64,000 bases of DNA from a virus. Positions 18,955 through 28,152 of this stretch are shown piece after piece. Below the pieces are notes generated by a model, which was not told the origin of the DNA, did no database searches, and saw only the letters and a list, made by a program, of their open reading frames with translations. The stretch is taken from IMG/VR virus record IMGVR_UViG_3300022908_000003, positions 4,054 through 68,053 of that record. One strand, 5' to 3'. Position numbers and translations under genes: made by a program. Each line of letters opens with the position of its first letter. Position 1 is the first letter of the stretch.

Positions 18955-19620
18955 TTATTTCCTTTTCACAGTTTTTACAGTACGTTTTGAAGAAACCGTT
19001 TTCTCTGGTGAAGAAACTATCAATTCCCCTGTTCCATCACAGGTTTTACATTCTTCGTCTTTTCTGTCATCCCATCCAGAACCTTTGCAGACTTTACATT
19101 CTTTAGTGGTACTTAGTTGTTGTAGTTCATTAAGACTATCTTCACCGGCTTTCTTTGCTACTCTTGCAATAATTTTATGGTCTTCTTCGCTTTTTGTTAT
19201 TCTTTCTTGTCTTGATAGTAACTTAATTTTTATAGGCTTTGTTTCTTCCTTTGGTTGTTGTACTCCTTTTGACAGAAGACCCAACCCTTTATCAGTGAGT
19301 TTGTATTTTCTACACCAGAAGTCTTGAAAACCTAATTGAGTTGCTTTCATATGTCCTAGATGTTCCAACACCCTTAGATCATTTACATCTATTTCTGTAG
19401 AAAATCTAACATTCTTGCTTGATAAAGCCATGTTGCAATCCATAGCAGTCATCCAAGAGTTACCTAAATATTTCCAAGCACTTACTGTATTTTTTAATCT
19501 TTCTGACCATGGAGTAAGAGGTGTTCCCATATGAAATGATTCTAGCAACTCTCTAGGGTCTTGCGGTTCTTTAACTACTTCATCAGAAGGGGGGATTGGT
19601 TTTTTGATTTTTATCTTCAT
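18955..19620 (-). CDS. winged-helix-like protein with DnaJ-type zinc finger
   Basis: LRVLEHLGHM..KYKLTDKG wing motif; CKVCKGSG..CKTCDGTG. Confidence 0.55.
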   Translation of the reverse strand: MKIKIKKPIPPSDEVVKEPQDPRELLESFHMGTPLTPWSERLKNTVSAWKYLGNSWMTAMDCNMALSSKNVRFSTEIDVNDLRVLEHLGHMKATQLGFQDFWCRKYKLTDKGLGLLSKGVQQPKEETKPIKIKLLSRQERITKSEEDHKIIARVAKKAGEDSLNELQQLSTTKECKVCKGSGWDDRKDEECKTCDGTGELIVSSPEKTVSSKRTVKTVKRK

Positions 19621-19738
19621 ACTGTGTACATTTCTACAGCAATTATTACAGAAACAATGGCAGCAGCAGTTGTAGGTCTAATTGATCTATCATATAGCCT
19701 GATCAATTTACGGTAGTTACGCATGGCCTTTGACCATT

Positions 19739-19969
19739 TCATACTATTTCTGTATCCTCTTCTTCTGCAATAACAGCAACTATTTGATTACTTGAGTCAT
19801 TAGTTTCTGCCATTTGTCTATGAGATAGTTGAGAAAACTTACCTCTACCTATTATACTTTCTGCATTTTTAACAAGTGATTTGTAGACTTGAGTTTCTTC
19901 TACAACTTCAAGAAGAGTTCCTTCTTTAACGGTACCCTGTCCTGGTTTAATATGGTATATTGCATACAT
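19739..19969 (-). CDS. hypothetical protein
   Basis: 76-aa ORF. Confidence 0.5.
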   Translation of the reverse strand: MYAIYHIKPGQGTVKEGTLLEVVEETQVYKSLVKNAESIIGRGKFSQLSHRQMAETNDSSNQIVAVIAEEEDTEIV

Positions 19970-19970
19970 T

Positions 19971-20300
19971 TTATACAGGTACTCCTAACGCTCTCTTCAT
20001 ATTAGAGAAAATAGACATAGAACGAATTCCTTCGTTGTTGAACTTCTTTGCTTTCTTGCCACACAAAGCACAGTAGATACCTTCGCTGCACTGAGACACA
20101 GTGCCAAGCCTTATAGCATTATTAGACTTTTCTTCTGATAAATCTACAGAAATCTTATGTGTTACCTTTAACTCCCAAATTTCACTACCGCAATGTGAAC
20201 AAATTTTTGGTTGCCCGACTTCTCTGGTAGAAGAATTAACTACAGTCTTTCGCTTTGCAATTGAATGAGGTGTCTTATTCACCCGGAACTTTACCGCCAT
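19971..20300 (-). CDS. zinc-ribbon hypothetical protein
   Basis: CSHCG..CALCG. Confidence 0.55.
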   Translation of the reverse strand: MAVKFRVNKTPHSIAKRKTVVNSSTREVGQPKICSHCGSEIWELKVTHKISVDLSEEKSNNAIRLGTVSQCSEGIYCALCGKKAKKFNNEGIRSMSIFSNMKRALGVPV

Positions 20301-20662
20301 TTCTTTTCTTCCTTCTTTCGCTTAATCTTGATCATGACTTTATGAGTGCTGCAATCTGGAGTAACTTCTGTTTTAGGTCTTTCTCGTTTGACCTTAAATT
20401 TTGGGGGTTCTGGATTTATTAATCTATCAATGTACTTTGTGGCTAAGTCTATACCTCTCCTTTCAGCTACACAGCCTTCTGCATTTTTTATGATACATAT
20501 TGAACCTGCACCTTCTACAAGTTCAGTATATACTATTATCTTGTAGCCCCTGTAATAAAAAGTCTTCGCTTCGGTTTTGATTACTTGCTTCTCAGCTTCG
20601 CTTCGCATTCTATTATAAATTACAGAAGAGAGAGGCTTTTTCATCGTAGCAGCTTGCGGCAT
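20291..20662 (-). CDS. basic hypothetical protein, first gene after the 20.9-kb promoter
   Basis: 123-aa ORF. Confidence 0.55.
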   Translation of the reverse strand: MPQAATMKKPLSSVIYNRMRSEAEKQVIKTEAKTFYYRGYKIIVYTELVEGAGSICIIKNAEGCVAERRGIDLATKYIDRLINPEPPKFKVKRERPKTEVTPDCSTHKVMIKIKRKKEEKKWR

Positions 20663-20891
20663 ATTATTTTCCTGTAGAAAATTTAGTTGCAGGTTTCAAG
20701 CAACAGTCGTTCGACACTTTATGAAGCATTAAGGCATCACCTCCTTTCTTGCTTGAAACCTGTATTTTATTTAACGAGATCAGTTAGTTGGCGCTAAAAG
20801 ATCTCTATCCAGACAAGGTACCCATGATCCGTTTATTGCTCTTGACCTGTGAGGCGCGTCAAAATCGCCCTTTCCCATGCCTGGGTACTCT

Positions 20892-20920
20892 ATTCTATCA
20901 CAGGAGAACAGTCAAGTCAA
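20892..20920 (-). promoter_or_regulatory. sigma70-type promoter of the DNA-metabolism operon
   Basis: TTGACT-17 nt-TAGAAT with an extended -10 TG. Confidence 0.75.
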
Positions 20921-20988
20921 GCGGTTTTGACCTGTTTTTGACTATTTTTTCGAAAATTTTTAAAAATTTCTTGTCCGACCGTCATTCT

Positions 20989-21136
20989 GATTAAAAACGG
21001 GAAATTGAAGGGGGGTGTACCATAACTCAAGAATAGTAGACAACTATAATCAGAGGGTAAGAATTAAAATTAAGTATCAATAAGTAACAACCTAAAAACC
21101 ATAGGTACACCCCCCTCTGTTTACCCGTTTTTAATC
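20989..21136. repeat. ~150-bp element with long terminal inverted repeats (copy 1)
   Basis: GATTAAAAACGGGAAATTGAAGGGGGGTGTACC ... GGTACACCCCCCTCTGTTTACCCGTTTTTAATC. Confidence 0.85.
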
Positions 21137-21144
21137 GCAGACAC

Positions 21145-21191
21145 AAAAAAGCCCTCAAACTATGTAATAAATACACAATTCAAGGGCTTTT
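21145..21191 (-). terminator. intrinsic terminator ending the structural operon
   Basis: Minus strand AAAAGCCCTTGAA...TTTGAGGGCTTTTTT. Confidence 0.8.
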
Positions 21192-21218
21192 CTGCACTGT
21201 TTTGACTTATTAAATTTT

Positions 21219-21674
21219 TTACGTAGTAGGAGTTTCTTCCTCTACTTTTTCTGTCTCTTCAGCAGCATTTTCTACAGGAGGTTCTTTTGTGTCAATAATC
21301 ACTTTTCCGTCAACTACAGATACGTCTTTTACGGCTACCTGAGCCTCAGAGAGAGGCGGCAACTCCCCTGGAGGTAGTCCTACAGGTGAAGGTACTTTTA
21401 TCATCGCAGGGAGTTCATGAAGCGGAATGTCTTTGATGTTCCCAAACATTCCTACCCCATCATCAATGAACTCTTTCAAAGCATCTTTAGTAAGCTTATC
21501 ATAACCCTGCTGGAACTCGACAAATTTCGTCTCAAGCCCTTCAAAAATAAGCCGAATTGCAACCGCATTTTCGCGGTGTTGGTTCTCAAGTTGAACAATT
21601 CGCTGTTTTAAAGCGATAATGTCATCTTCATACTGAGGTATGCTAACTTCGATCTGTGAATTTAGTTCTGCCAT
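21219..21674 (-). CDS. hypothetical coiled-coil protein
   Basis: 151-aa ORF, last gene before the terminator. Confidence 0.6.
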   Translation of the reverse strand: MAELNSQIEVSIPQYEDDIIALKQRIVQLENQHRENAVAIRLIFEGLETKFVEFQQGYDKLTKDALKEFIDDGVGMFGNIKDIPLHELPAMIKVPSPVGLPPGELPPLSEAQVAVKDVSVVDGKVIIDTKEPPVENAAEETEKVEEETPTT

Positions 21675-21730
21675 GTGTTTTTTTCTTTCTGTCTACTATT
21701 TGCTATTCTTCTACCAGAGAAAGCGGTACT

Positions 21731-22009
21731 TCAAGTCTGTACCGAATTTTCTGTAGAACTCTCGGAAGTTATGTCTACCGGAGCAGCCATATTATCCATT
21801 TTTACTGTACTAGGTGAGTTAATTATAGCATGTACAACTTCGCTAGGTACAGTTCCATTAGCGGAGTTTACTGCATTATTTACTATTCTCTCCTGTGCTT
21901 CTTGATGTTTCTGAGATATTTTCAGTGCTGCGAGTATACCTCCTACGGTTGTGAATAGTTGGATAACCTGTTCCGGGGTCCAATGTAGTAGCCACTGCGT
22001 TAGCGTCAT
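21731..22009 (-). CDS. small membrane protein (possible lysis accessory)
   Basis: One hydrophobic segment VIQLFTTVGGILAAL; AGGAG RBS. Confidence 0.5.
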   Translation of the reverse strand: MTLTQWLLHWTPEQVIQLFTTVGGILAALKISQKHQEAQERIVNNAVNSANGTVPSEVVHAIINSPSTVKMDNMAAPVDITSESSTENSVQT

Positions 22010-22427
22010 TTATTTCTCCTATTGTTAGTTCGAAAGCGGCTGTTACCATATCTTTTGAAGGAAAGTCAGCATGTCTAAGAAATGTAAATATCTGATCTTG
22101 AGCTAAAGTAAGCATTACTGGGTTTTTCTTTATAATGTTTACTAAAGTAGATATTATACTCATACATGCTAAGGTATCTTCAAAACAATCTTTACCTTTC
22201 TCAATAGAGACATTAGCCTTTTGTACAGTCTCTATAAGTTCTCTAAAATCTTCTTTAGAGAGAACTTCCATTTCATCTAATTCTGTCTTACCTTCTTGAT
22301 GCCTTTCTAACTCTTCTTTTGCTGCTTTTTCTGATAGCTTATCGCCAAGTTTTTTTAGTAACCCCACTCCTAGAACCACTACACCGCCGACTATCTCATT
22401 CAGTTGCTCGCTTGATAAGACCATCAT
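21876..22427 (-). CDS. N-terminally anchored membrane protein
   Basis: IVGGVVVLGVGLL segment followed by a coiled coil. Confidence 0.5.
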   Translation of the reverse strand: MMVLSSEQLNEIVGGVVVLGVGLLKKLGDKLSEKAAKEELERHQEGKTELDEMEVLSKEDFRELIETVQKANVSIEKGKDCFEDTLACMSIISTLVNIIKKNPVMLTLAQDQIFTFLRHADFPSKDMVTAAFELTIGEINDANAVATTLDPGTGYPTIHNRRRYTRSTENISETSRSTGENSK

Positions 22428-22974
22428 TAGATTTTATTACTTTCCTTACTTCATCGCGTGATCGCTGTTTTCGCAATCTTATATAAGATGATCCAGAAGT
22501 AATTGTAAAAAATAGCATAAACTTCCATGTTAATGAATAGCTTACACTACCCCACATAGAAATTGCCATTACTAGAAGTAACATAGTAATGACGAACATT
22601 AAGCTAGTTCTTGCCTTTATATTATCATTTACTAAAGCAGCTAGGTGGGCGATACTGATAGAGATTAATACTGTCATCCATAGAATATTAGCTTCATTTT
22701 CTGCAACACCTAGCTTAGTAAATAGGTTGAACATCCCATCATATACTCGGTTATGTGTACTTCCTGCGAAGTTGTTTAACATGTCACTGAACACAATTAT
22801 TACAGCTAATACACTAGCTACTTCTACTAATTCTATATCCTTTTCCCAAAATAAAACTTTAATTCGAAATTTTAGAAAGTCATGTCTATCTACTGTCAAG
22901 TTAAGGAAAGATCTTAGTGAAGTATGCCTTACTCCATGAGCCTTATTATCTGGTTCTAGATTTGGAACTACCAT
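22396..22974 (-). CDS. four-TM membrane protein, holin candidate
   Basis: Four hydrophobic helices and a basic C-terminus; located after the tail genes. Confidence 0.5.
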   Translation of the reverse strand: MVVPNLEPDNKAHGVRHTSLRSFLNLTVDRHDFLKFRIKVLFWEKDIELVEVASVLAVIIVFSDMLNNFAGSTHNRVYDGMFNLFTKLGVAENEANILWMTVLISISIAHLAALVNDNIKARTSLMFVITMLLLVMAISMWGSVSYSLTWKFMLFFTITSGSSYIRLRKQRSRDEVRKVIKSNDGLIKRATE

Positions 22975-22984
22975 TTGATTTCCT

Positions 22985-23881
22985 TTATATTAAGCCCCAT
23001 TTAGACTGTAGATATGCTTCTACTTTATCTCTATCTGTTGAACTTAAAACCCCAGCATAGATTAAAACTTCACATAGATCTATTTCTGAAGCCCCGCCTG
23101 AGTCTGTAGAAAATAGAACACAGTTAGAAGTAGGAGTTGATATTACTGCAATAGATCTTGTGCTATGGTCTGTACTATTTATTCTGTAGTCAACGATTCC
23201 AGAATTGTCAGTTACAGTATATTGCTTTATATCTGTAGAAGAAGGAGCTTCACCACTCCATGTACCTGTGGAATGTCCTGATGCCTGGAAATTTAAGTCA
23301 GGATAATGTATATAGGGAACAAAACCGTTACTCCCTATATTTGTGCCTATACAGAATGGTTGGTAGTAATCCCCCGATACTGCATTATGTTTCATCACAA
23401 AAAATGAAGTAGAGTTAGAACTACTAGTTATACCAGAAGGAACCGCTGATGCTATAAGGGCTTTTAAACCACCTGTATTTCTTACAGTAGGTAGCCCGTT
23501 ATATCCAACAGCTACATAGTCAGGGGCAGTAAAAGAACCAGGGACAAATGATAAAGCATTTGGGCTTTGATCAGTCCATGTAGTAACCGGATCTCCATCT
23601 GATAGTCCTGTAATTAAATCAGATGCAACCCATAACTGACAGCCTGCAACATCGGTTAAAGGGTCAAAGAATATAGCATAAGAACCTAGTGCAATATTTG
23701 CCATCTGGTTAGTTCCAGTAGCATCTAACATAGATAACCAGAGACTATCCTTAACTCCCGGCAGGCTCTTTAAATATATTTCTCCATAATTACTGCTATC
23801 AGGTACAGGAAGAGAAGAAACTTGATTTACTCCCCCACCAGAAGTAAAAGGTTCTATTTGAGATTTACGTATTTTAGACAT
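22985..23881 (-). CDS. tail fibre / receptor-binding protein with LamG-like domain
   Basis: LWVASDLITGLSDGDPVTTWTDQS...EVLIYAGVLSSTDRDKVEAYLQSKWG, typical of phage LamG-like adhesins. Confidence 0.65.
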   Translation of the reverse strand: MSKIRKSQIEPFTSGGGVNQVSSLPVPDSSNYGEIYLKSLPGVKDSLWLSMLDATGTNQMANIALGSYAIFFDPLTDVAGCQLWVASDLITGLSDGDPVTTWTDQSPNALSFVPGSFTAPDYVAVGYNGLPTVRNTGGLKALIASAVPSGITSSSNSTSFFVMKHNAVSGDYYQPFCIGTNIGSNGFVPYIHYPDLNFQASGHSTGTWSGEAPSSTDIKQYTVTDNSGIVDYRINSTDHSTRSIAVISTPTSNCVLFSTDSGGASEIDLCEVLIYAGVLSSTDRDKVEAYLQSKWGLI

Positions 23882-23893
23882 AAATTTCCTTTA

Positions 23894-26227
23894 TTAAATA
23901 TGGAAATAGGTAATCATTACGTTATCACCTGTTTTTGTTGGGTAAGTTACTAAAGTAAGTGTGTCAGATACTATAGTATAGTCCACTGTGTAATCCAGAA
24001 GAACACCGTTAAAATAAACAAACTCTGTGTCTGTCAATGGTGCATAGGATAAGGTTAAAACAGTATCTCCATCTGAAGCTATTGTAAATACTTCTCTAGT
24101 CGGAGAACCTGAAGTAACAATAGCTGCAACATCTGCAACCAAAGCATCCTGAGTAGCTTTATCAGCATAGTAAGGTTGCGCAGGTTGTATGTAAACTTCT
24201 TGTGGAACTACGTCATCTGGATTTTGTAGAATAGAGACACATTTAATAAGTACTGTTTGTCCTGCCAGAGAAGAGGCAACTGTAAATCTTGATACCCCCG
24301 CATCTAGTTTTACAAAAACATCTGTAGAAGTATGTCCTGTAGCAAGTGTTCCTCTTTGCTCTCTTAGAAAGGTCTGTAGAGTATAGTGATCAGACGAAGT
24401 AAAATCTGCTTCAGCAAAGCCTAATACTTCGTAGTTACTCGAATTATCTACACTCTGGTCAAGCTGAGTAACTAATATGTATTCCCCATCTCCTGCTTTG
24501 ACTTTAGCTTTAGATGTAGTCTCCAAACCAGTTCCGGGATTTATAATAACATCTAATGTATTTACTATGTCAAATCCATCTGCATCAGGAGTATAGCTTG
24601 CAGAAAGGGTGCTTGCTACAGAACCAAATCCACCTTTATTTGTTAAGTTGCCTAATTTACTATAAGTGCTGCCACCATCAACTGACATTAAGACTACAGC
24701 ACCTCTCCATAGTCCTGCAATTAAGTAAGCTGATCCTACTACATAAATTCCGGTATTTGTGCTGTCATTGTTGCGGAGTTCTTTTCCAGACCATGCAAAG
24801 AATGTGGTAGGGGAAACAGGAACATAAACATAACCGCCACTTGGTATTGATGGAGGTGCTGTCTGTATTAGTACATTTTCGTCATCGTTAACAAACTTCA
24901 AATCAATAGGACCGGGGGTACCTGTTTCAGCTTCAGTTACTCTAACCCTCTGTAGTGTACCTTCTTCGTCTATCTGAAGTAGTAAAACGTCTGAAGGAGT
25001 GAGTAAAGCCCATCTAGGAACTGCGCTACCTGAATGCCCAACACTTTCAACCCATCTTATGTATAAACTACGCTCTACAACTTTCTTTGCTTCAGCATCT
25101 TTAAGAACTAAAGGTAAATTTATACTCTCATAATTATTGTTTTTTGCTGATATTCTTATAGCTGTTTGAGTTGCAGACTGTAGGTTATTAGTAGTTGATA
25201 GATACCCTAGATCAATCTTCTTAGGTAGATTAATTCTATCAGGTCTTGTTGTAGTTAGCCTATCAGTAACGGCAGGACTTCCGCTATCAACTATCTGAGC
25301 ACCTAAATCGTCCCAAGTTAAAGTACCTACTGGATCTCCACCTCTAGGTACAGCTTTTATAGTTCCATTTACGTCTATTAGATCAACATTATAGGCATCA
25401 AGTAGAGGCTGAACTGAAGACTTTGCATCAATTCTTGCACTCATAGTCATGCCTGTTATTTGAATATCTTCTACCAGAGAAATGTCAACCTGGCTTTCAT
25501 CAATACCTACTTGAGTGAATATATCAAGGAATACATCGGATAAAAAACAATCTTCTGTTTCTACTTCTATAGAAAAATTAGGAAGTGCATTTCCAAAATC
25601 AGATAGCTCCATATTTTCTATAACCATGTAGTTATAGCCTCTAAATGCTGGAGCATCTGTACCCGCTGGAACGTCATCTGTTGCTGCACTTGCTATTATT
25701 AAAGGGTCTGCATCTTGCGTTTCTGTACCAGGATAAAATCTAGGATTAATTCTATTTTCGTCCGAGGTATGTGAACTATCATACATTATAACATCATTAG
25801 CATATATCTTCTTTACTACATTAGTTGTGTTTCTATTGCCCTTACAAACTAGCATAGCAAAAGATATAGTATATGAGTACACTGTAGTTGTTACGCTAGG
25901 TCCGCCGGAACCTCCACCGCCTTGAGATTGTTCAGTTTTATGTTCTACAAGATTAGTACCCCATATGATAATCCCAGGTACTTTGTTATGCCCCCAGCAC
26001 TGAGGTATAGAAGTTCCATATGAAGCTGTAGTAACTACAAGATCCGAAGTCCTGCCCATATCAGCGGTATGGTAATGAGTATTAGCTTGATCAATATAAG
26101 CTCCTACTGTAGAACCTATAGAAAAACCTAACATAGCTCCTTTAACAGCCCCACCAGGACCAGCTAATAAACCTCCAGCAACAGCACCAGCAACACCTAG
26201 AATTATTTGCATCTTTTCCATCTCCAA
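23894..26227 (-). CDS. tail tip / central fibre protein (RcGTA g15 / Phage-tail_3-like)
   Basis: SYGTSIPQCWG, IIWGT, YSYTISFA, FYPGTETQDADPLI, PAFRG, LSDFGNALPNFSIEV. Confidence 0.8.
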   Translation of the reverse strand: MEMEKMQIILGVAGAVAGGLLAGPGGAVKGAMLGFSIGSTVGAYIDQANTHYHTADMGRTSDLVVTTASYGTSIPQCWGHNKVPGIIIWGTNLVEHKTEQSQGGGGSGGPSVTTTVYSYTISFAMLVCKGNRNTTNVVKKIYANDVIMYDSSHTSDENRINPRFYPGTETQDADPLIIASAATDDVPAGTDAPAFRGYNYMVIENMELSDFGNALPNFSIEVETEDCFLSDVFLDIFTQVGIDESQVDISLVEDIQITGMTMSARIDAKSSVQPLLDAYNVDLIDVNGTIKAVPRGGDPVGTLTWDDLGAQIVDSGSPAVTDRLTTTRPDRINLPKKIDLGYLSTTNNLQSATQTAIRISAKNNNYESINLPLVLKDAEAKKVVERSLYIRWVESVGHSGSAVPRWALLTPSDVLLLQIDEEGTLQRVRVTEAETGTPGPIDLKFVNDDENVLIQTAPPSIPSGGYVYVPVSPTTFFAWSGKELRNNDSTNTGIYVVGSAYLIAGLWRGAVVLMSVDGGSTYSKLGNLTNKGGFGSVASTLSASYTPDADGFDIVNTLDVIINPGTGLETTSKAKVKAGDGEYILVTQLDQSVDNSSNYEVLGFAEADFTSSDHYTLQTFLREQRGTLATGHTSTDVFVKLDAGVSRFTVASSLAGQTVLIKCVSILQNPDDVVPQEVYIQPAQPYYADKATQDALVADVAAIVTSGSPTREVFTIASDGDTVLTLSYAPLTDTEFVYFNGVLLDYTVDYTIVSDTLTLVTYPTKTGDNVMITYFHI

Positions 26228-26745
26228 ATGGAGTGAATGTTATCCCACCATTCAGGGAGCATCGTAGTTTCTACAACTTTATTTAGACCTGTGGTATACC
26301 AGGCATGTATCACGGTTTTAAATTCAGTACAATATACTAGATGATGGTATATTCCAGTTCCTCTGATTAGAATAAGATCGCCAGGTAAAGGGGGTTCCCC
26401 GTTCTCTCTGGTAGTGAAATCATTCCAGGTGAGAACTTCTATCATATCCGCAATTCCGTCTTTTCTATTGTAGAATTTTTTGTCTTTAACTTCTACTCCT
26501 AGATAACGAAGTGCTGCTACCATTACCCCGCCGCAATCTAAACCACCATCAGGACCAACAACCCTACCTGCATGTTTAAATGGGGTTCCTATGGTAGATC
26601 TAACTGCATTTGTAAGTTCTTTTACTGTAAAAAATTGACTATCCTCTTCTATCCCGGCGGTCGGCCCGTTGTCAATAGATAGTTGTTGTCCGGAACATAG
26701 AGAAAGCCATGGAAGTTCGGAAGGTTGTTGAATTTCGTTCGACAT
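26203..26745 (-). CDS. NlpC/P60 tail-associated peptidase (RcGTA g14-like)
   Basis: GTPFKHAGR..GLDCGG, PGDLILI, HL..VIHA. True start is probably downstream of 26745. Confidence 0.85.
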   Translation of the reverse strand: MSNEIQQPSELPWLSLCSGQQLSIDNGPTAGIEEDSQFFTVKELTNAVRSTIGTPFKHAGRVVGPDGGLDCGGVMVAALRYLGVEVKDKKFYNRKDGIADMIEVLTWNDFTTRENGEPPLPGDLILIRGTGIYHHLVYCTEFKTVIHAWYTTGLNKVVETTMLPEWWDNIHSIWRWKRCK

Positions 26746-27521
26746 GTTACACCTCTTCTATCACAACCTGCTTCTAAAATAACTGCATCTCCAACTGTTA
26801 AAGGAAATGGCATAGCTTCTTGTAATATAATAACTGCGGTAGAGCCTACTTTAGTATGGATCTTTACTTCCATGTTTATATTGTAATTTTTACCACCACC
26901 ATCAGCGATAGATTTAAATCTTACTAACCCATACTCATAGTACCCTGTGTCGTGAGTGTCATTAAATACTAAAGTTCTTTGGTTTGTTATTGAAGCTATT
27001 GTCCTACTGAATTGGTAATCTAGTAAATTTACTTTGCATTCATAGTCGCCAAGTTGGTTTACAGAACAAGAGCCAGCAACTACTCTTCCAAACTGTTGCG
27101 AACACTTTTGACCTATTGAATTAATTGGAACTGTAAAAGCTTTTTCGCCGTATTCTATATCTCCTATAGTTCCAACCATCTCTTTTATCTCACCTAGGCT
27201 TAGATCAAATGGATTTACTCTAAGAATAGTAACAACGGCATAATCGTACCTACCGCCTCTTATGTCTTCTTTCTTTATATAATACTCGTCAATTGCTCCG
27301 AGAAAATCCATTTGATCTGTAGTTAGATCAGAATTAGTTTTTATTGCTGATGGGTCCATAGAAATTGCAGGAATGTAGATATCTCCATCATAGATTATCT
27401 CTTCATCCCAAGCAGTAAAGAATAAAGATACCCCATCAGTTCTTTCTATTTTTACTAAGGTAGTTAAGGGTTGATAGGGCTGTCCTAGTAAAGCTATCAT
27501 ACCTGAGCTTGCAGATTTCAT
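26649..27521 (-). CDS. baseplate hub protein (DUF2163/BR0599, RcGTA g13-like)
   Basis: IERTDG..FT, GRYDYA, C..LGD..C, AGCDR..TCRTKFNNLPNFHGF. Confidence 0.85.
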   Translation of the reverse strand: MKSASSGMIALLGQPYQPLTTLVKIERTDGVSLFFTAWDEEIIYDGDIYIPAISMDPSAIKTNSDLTTDQMDFLGAIDEYYIKKEDIRGGRYDYAVVTILRVNPFDLSLGEIKEMVGTIGDIEYGEKAFTVPINSIGQKCSQQFGRVVAGSCSVNQLGDYECKVNLLDYQFSRTIASITNQRTLVFNDTHDTGYYEYGLVRFKSIADGGGKNYNINMEVKIHTKVGSTAVIILQEAMPFPLTVGDAVILEAGCDRRGVTCRTKFNNLPNFHGFLYVPDNNYLLTTGRPPG

Positions 27522-27531
27522 CTGACTTCCT

Positions 27532-28149
27532 TTAACTAGGTGGAGTGTATACTTGAACTTCTCGAACCTTTATACTATCCCAAGAGAAAATATCTATATC
27601 TGACTGAGAAGCATCTTGTTCGTCATTATCAAATCTAGCAGGAGTGTCAAAGTAACCAGACCATGTAAAGCCATGCCCTGTTTGGTCTGTAGTAAATGTG
27701 ATAATACCTGTTGTTATATCTAATGACCAATTATCTGTAGACGGGAAAGCTATTCCATCTCTTATTAGAGTTATTGGTCTTTCCATATCTGGTTTCTTTA
27801 TCTTTACTATCTCGCCAGATACTTTGCGTTTTATAGATAACTGAGCAGTAGTTGCAGTAGGGAAATATATTATAGGTTCGTTTACTGCAATATATTCTCT
27901 TTCGTTTCGAAATCTCCAAGATAGGTTCTTGCCCTTTACAGCAGCAAAGTGATTAGTTAAATTGTCTAGTTCCTCTTTACTTCTATCTGTCATGTTTAAA
28001 GTAAGTACCCAATACCCCCGGCTTCTTTGTGGAAACCGGGTTTCGTTGTTACTTGGATTTGATACAACAACGGTAGAATAACTAAGTCCACCGCTTGTAC
28101 CAGAACTTAATCTTGGATCAAGTTGTATTTCTAGAAAGTCTGCGGACAT
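27532..28149 (-). CDS. distal tail protein (DUF2460, RcGTA g12-like)
   Basis: GTSGGLSYSTVVV..ETR, WRFRN, TTGIITF, GYFDTPARFDND. Confidence 0.85.
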   Translation of the reverse strand: MSADFLEIQLDPRLSSGTSGGLSYSTVVVSNPSNNETRFPQRSRGYWVLTLNMTDRSKEELDNLTNHFAAVKGKNLSWRFRNEREYIAVNEPIIYFPTATTAQLSIKRKVSGEIVKIKKPDMERPITLIRDGIAFPSTDNWSLDITTGIITFTTDQTGHGFTWSGYFDTPARFDNDEQDASQSDIDIFSWDSIKVREVQVYTPPS

Positions 28150-28152
28150 TAG

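Noticed and set aside
23894-28149. Gene transfer agent
   Set aside because: The GTA-like tail tip genes are shared with many siphoviruses, and a full replication module is present.
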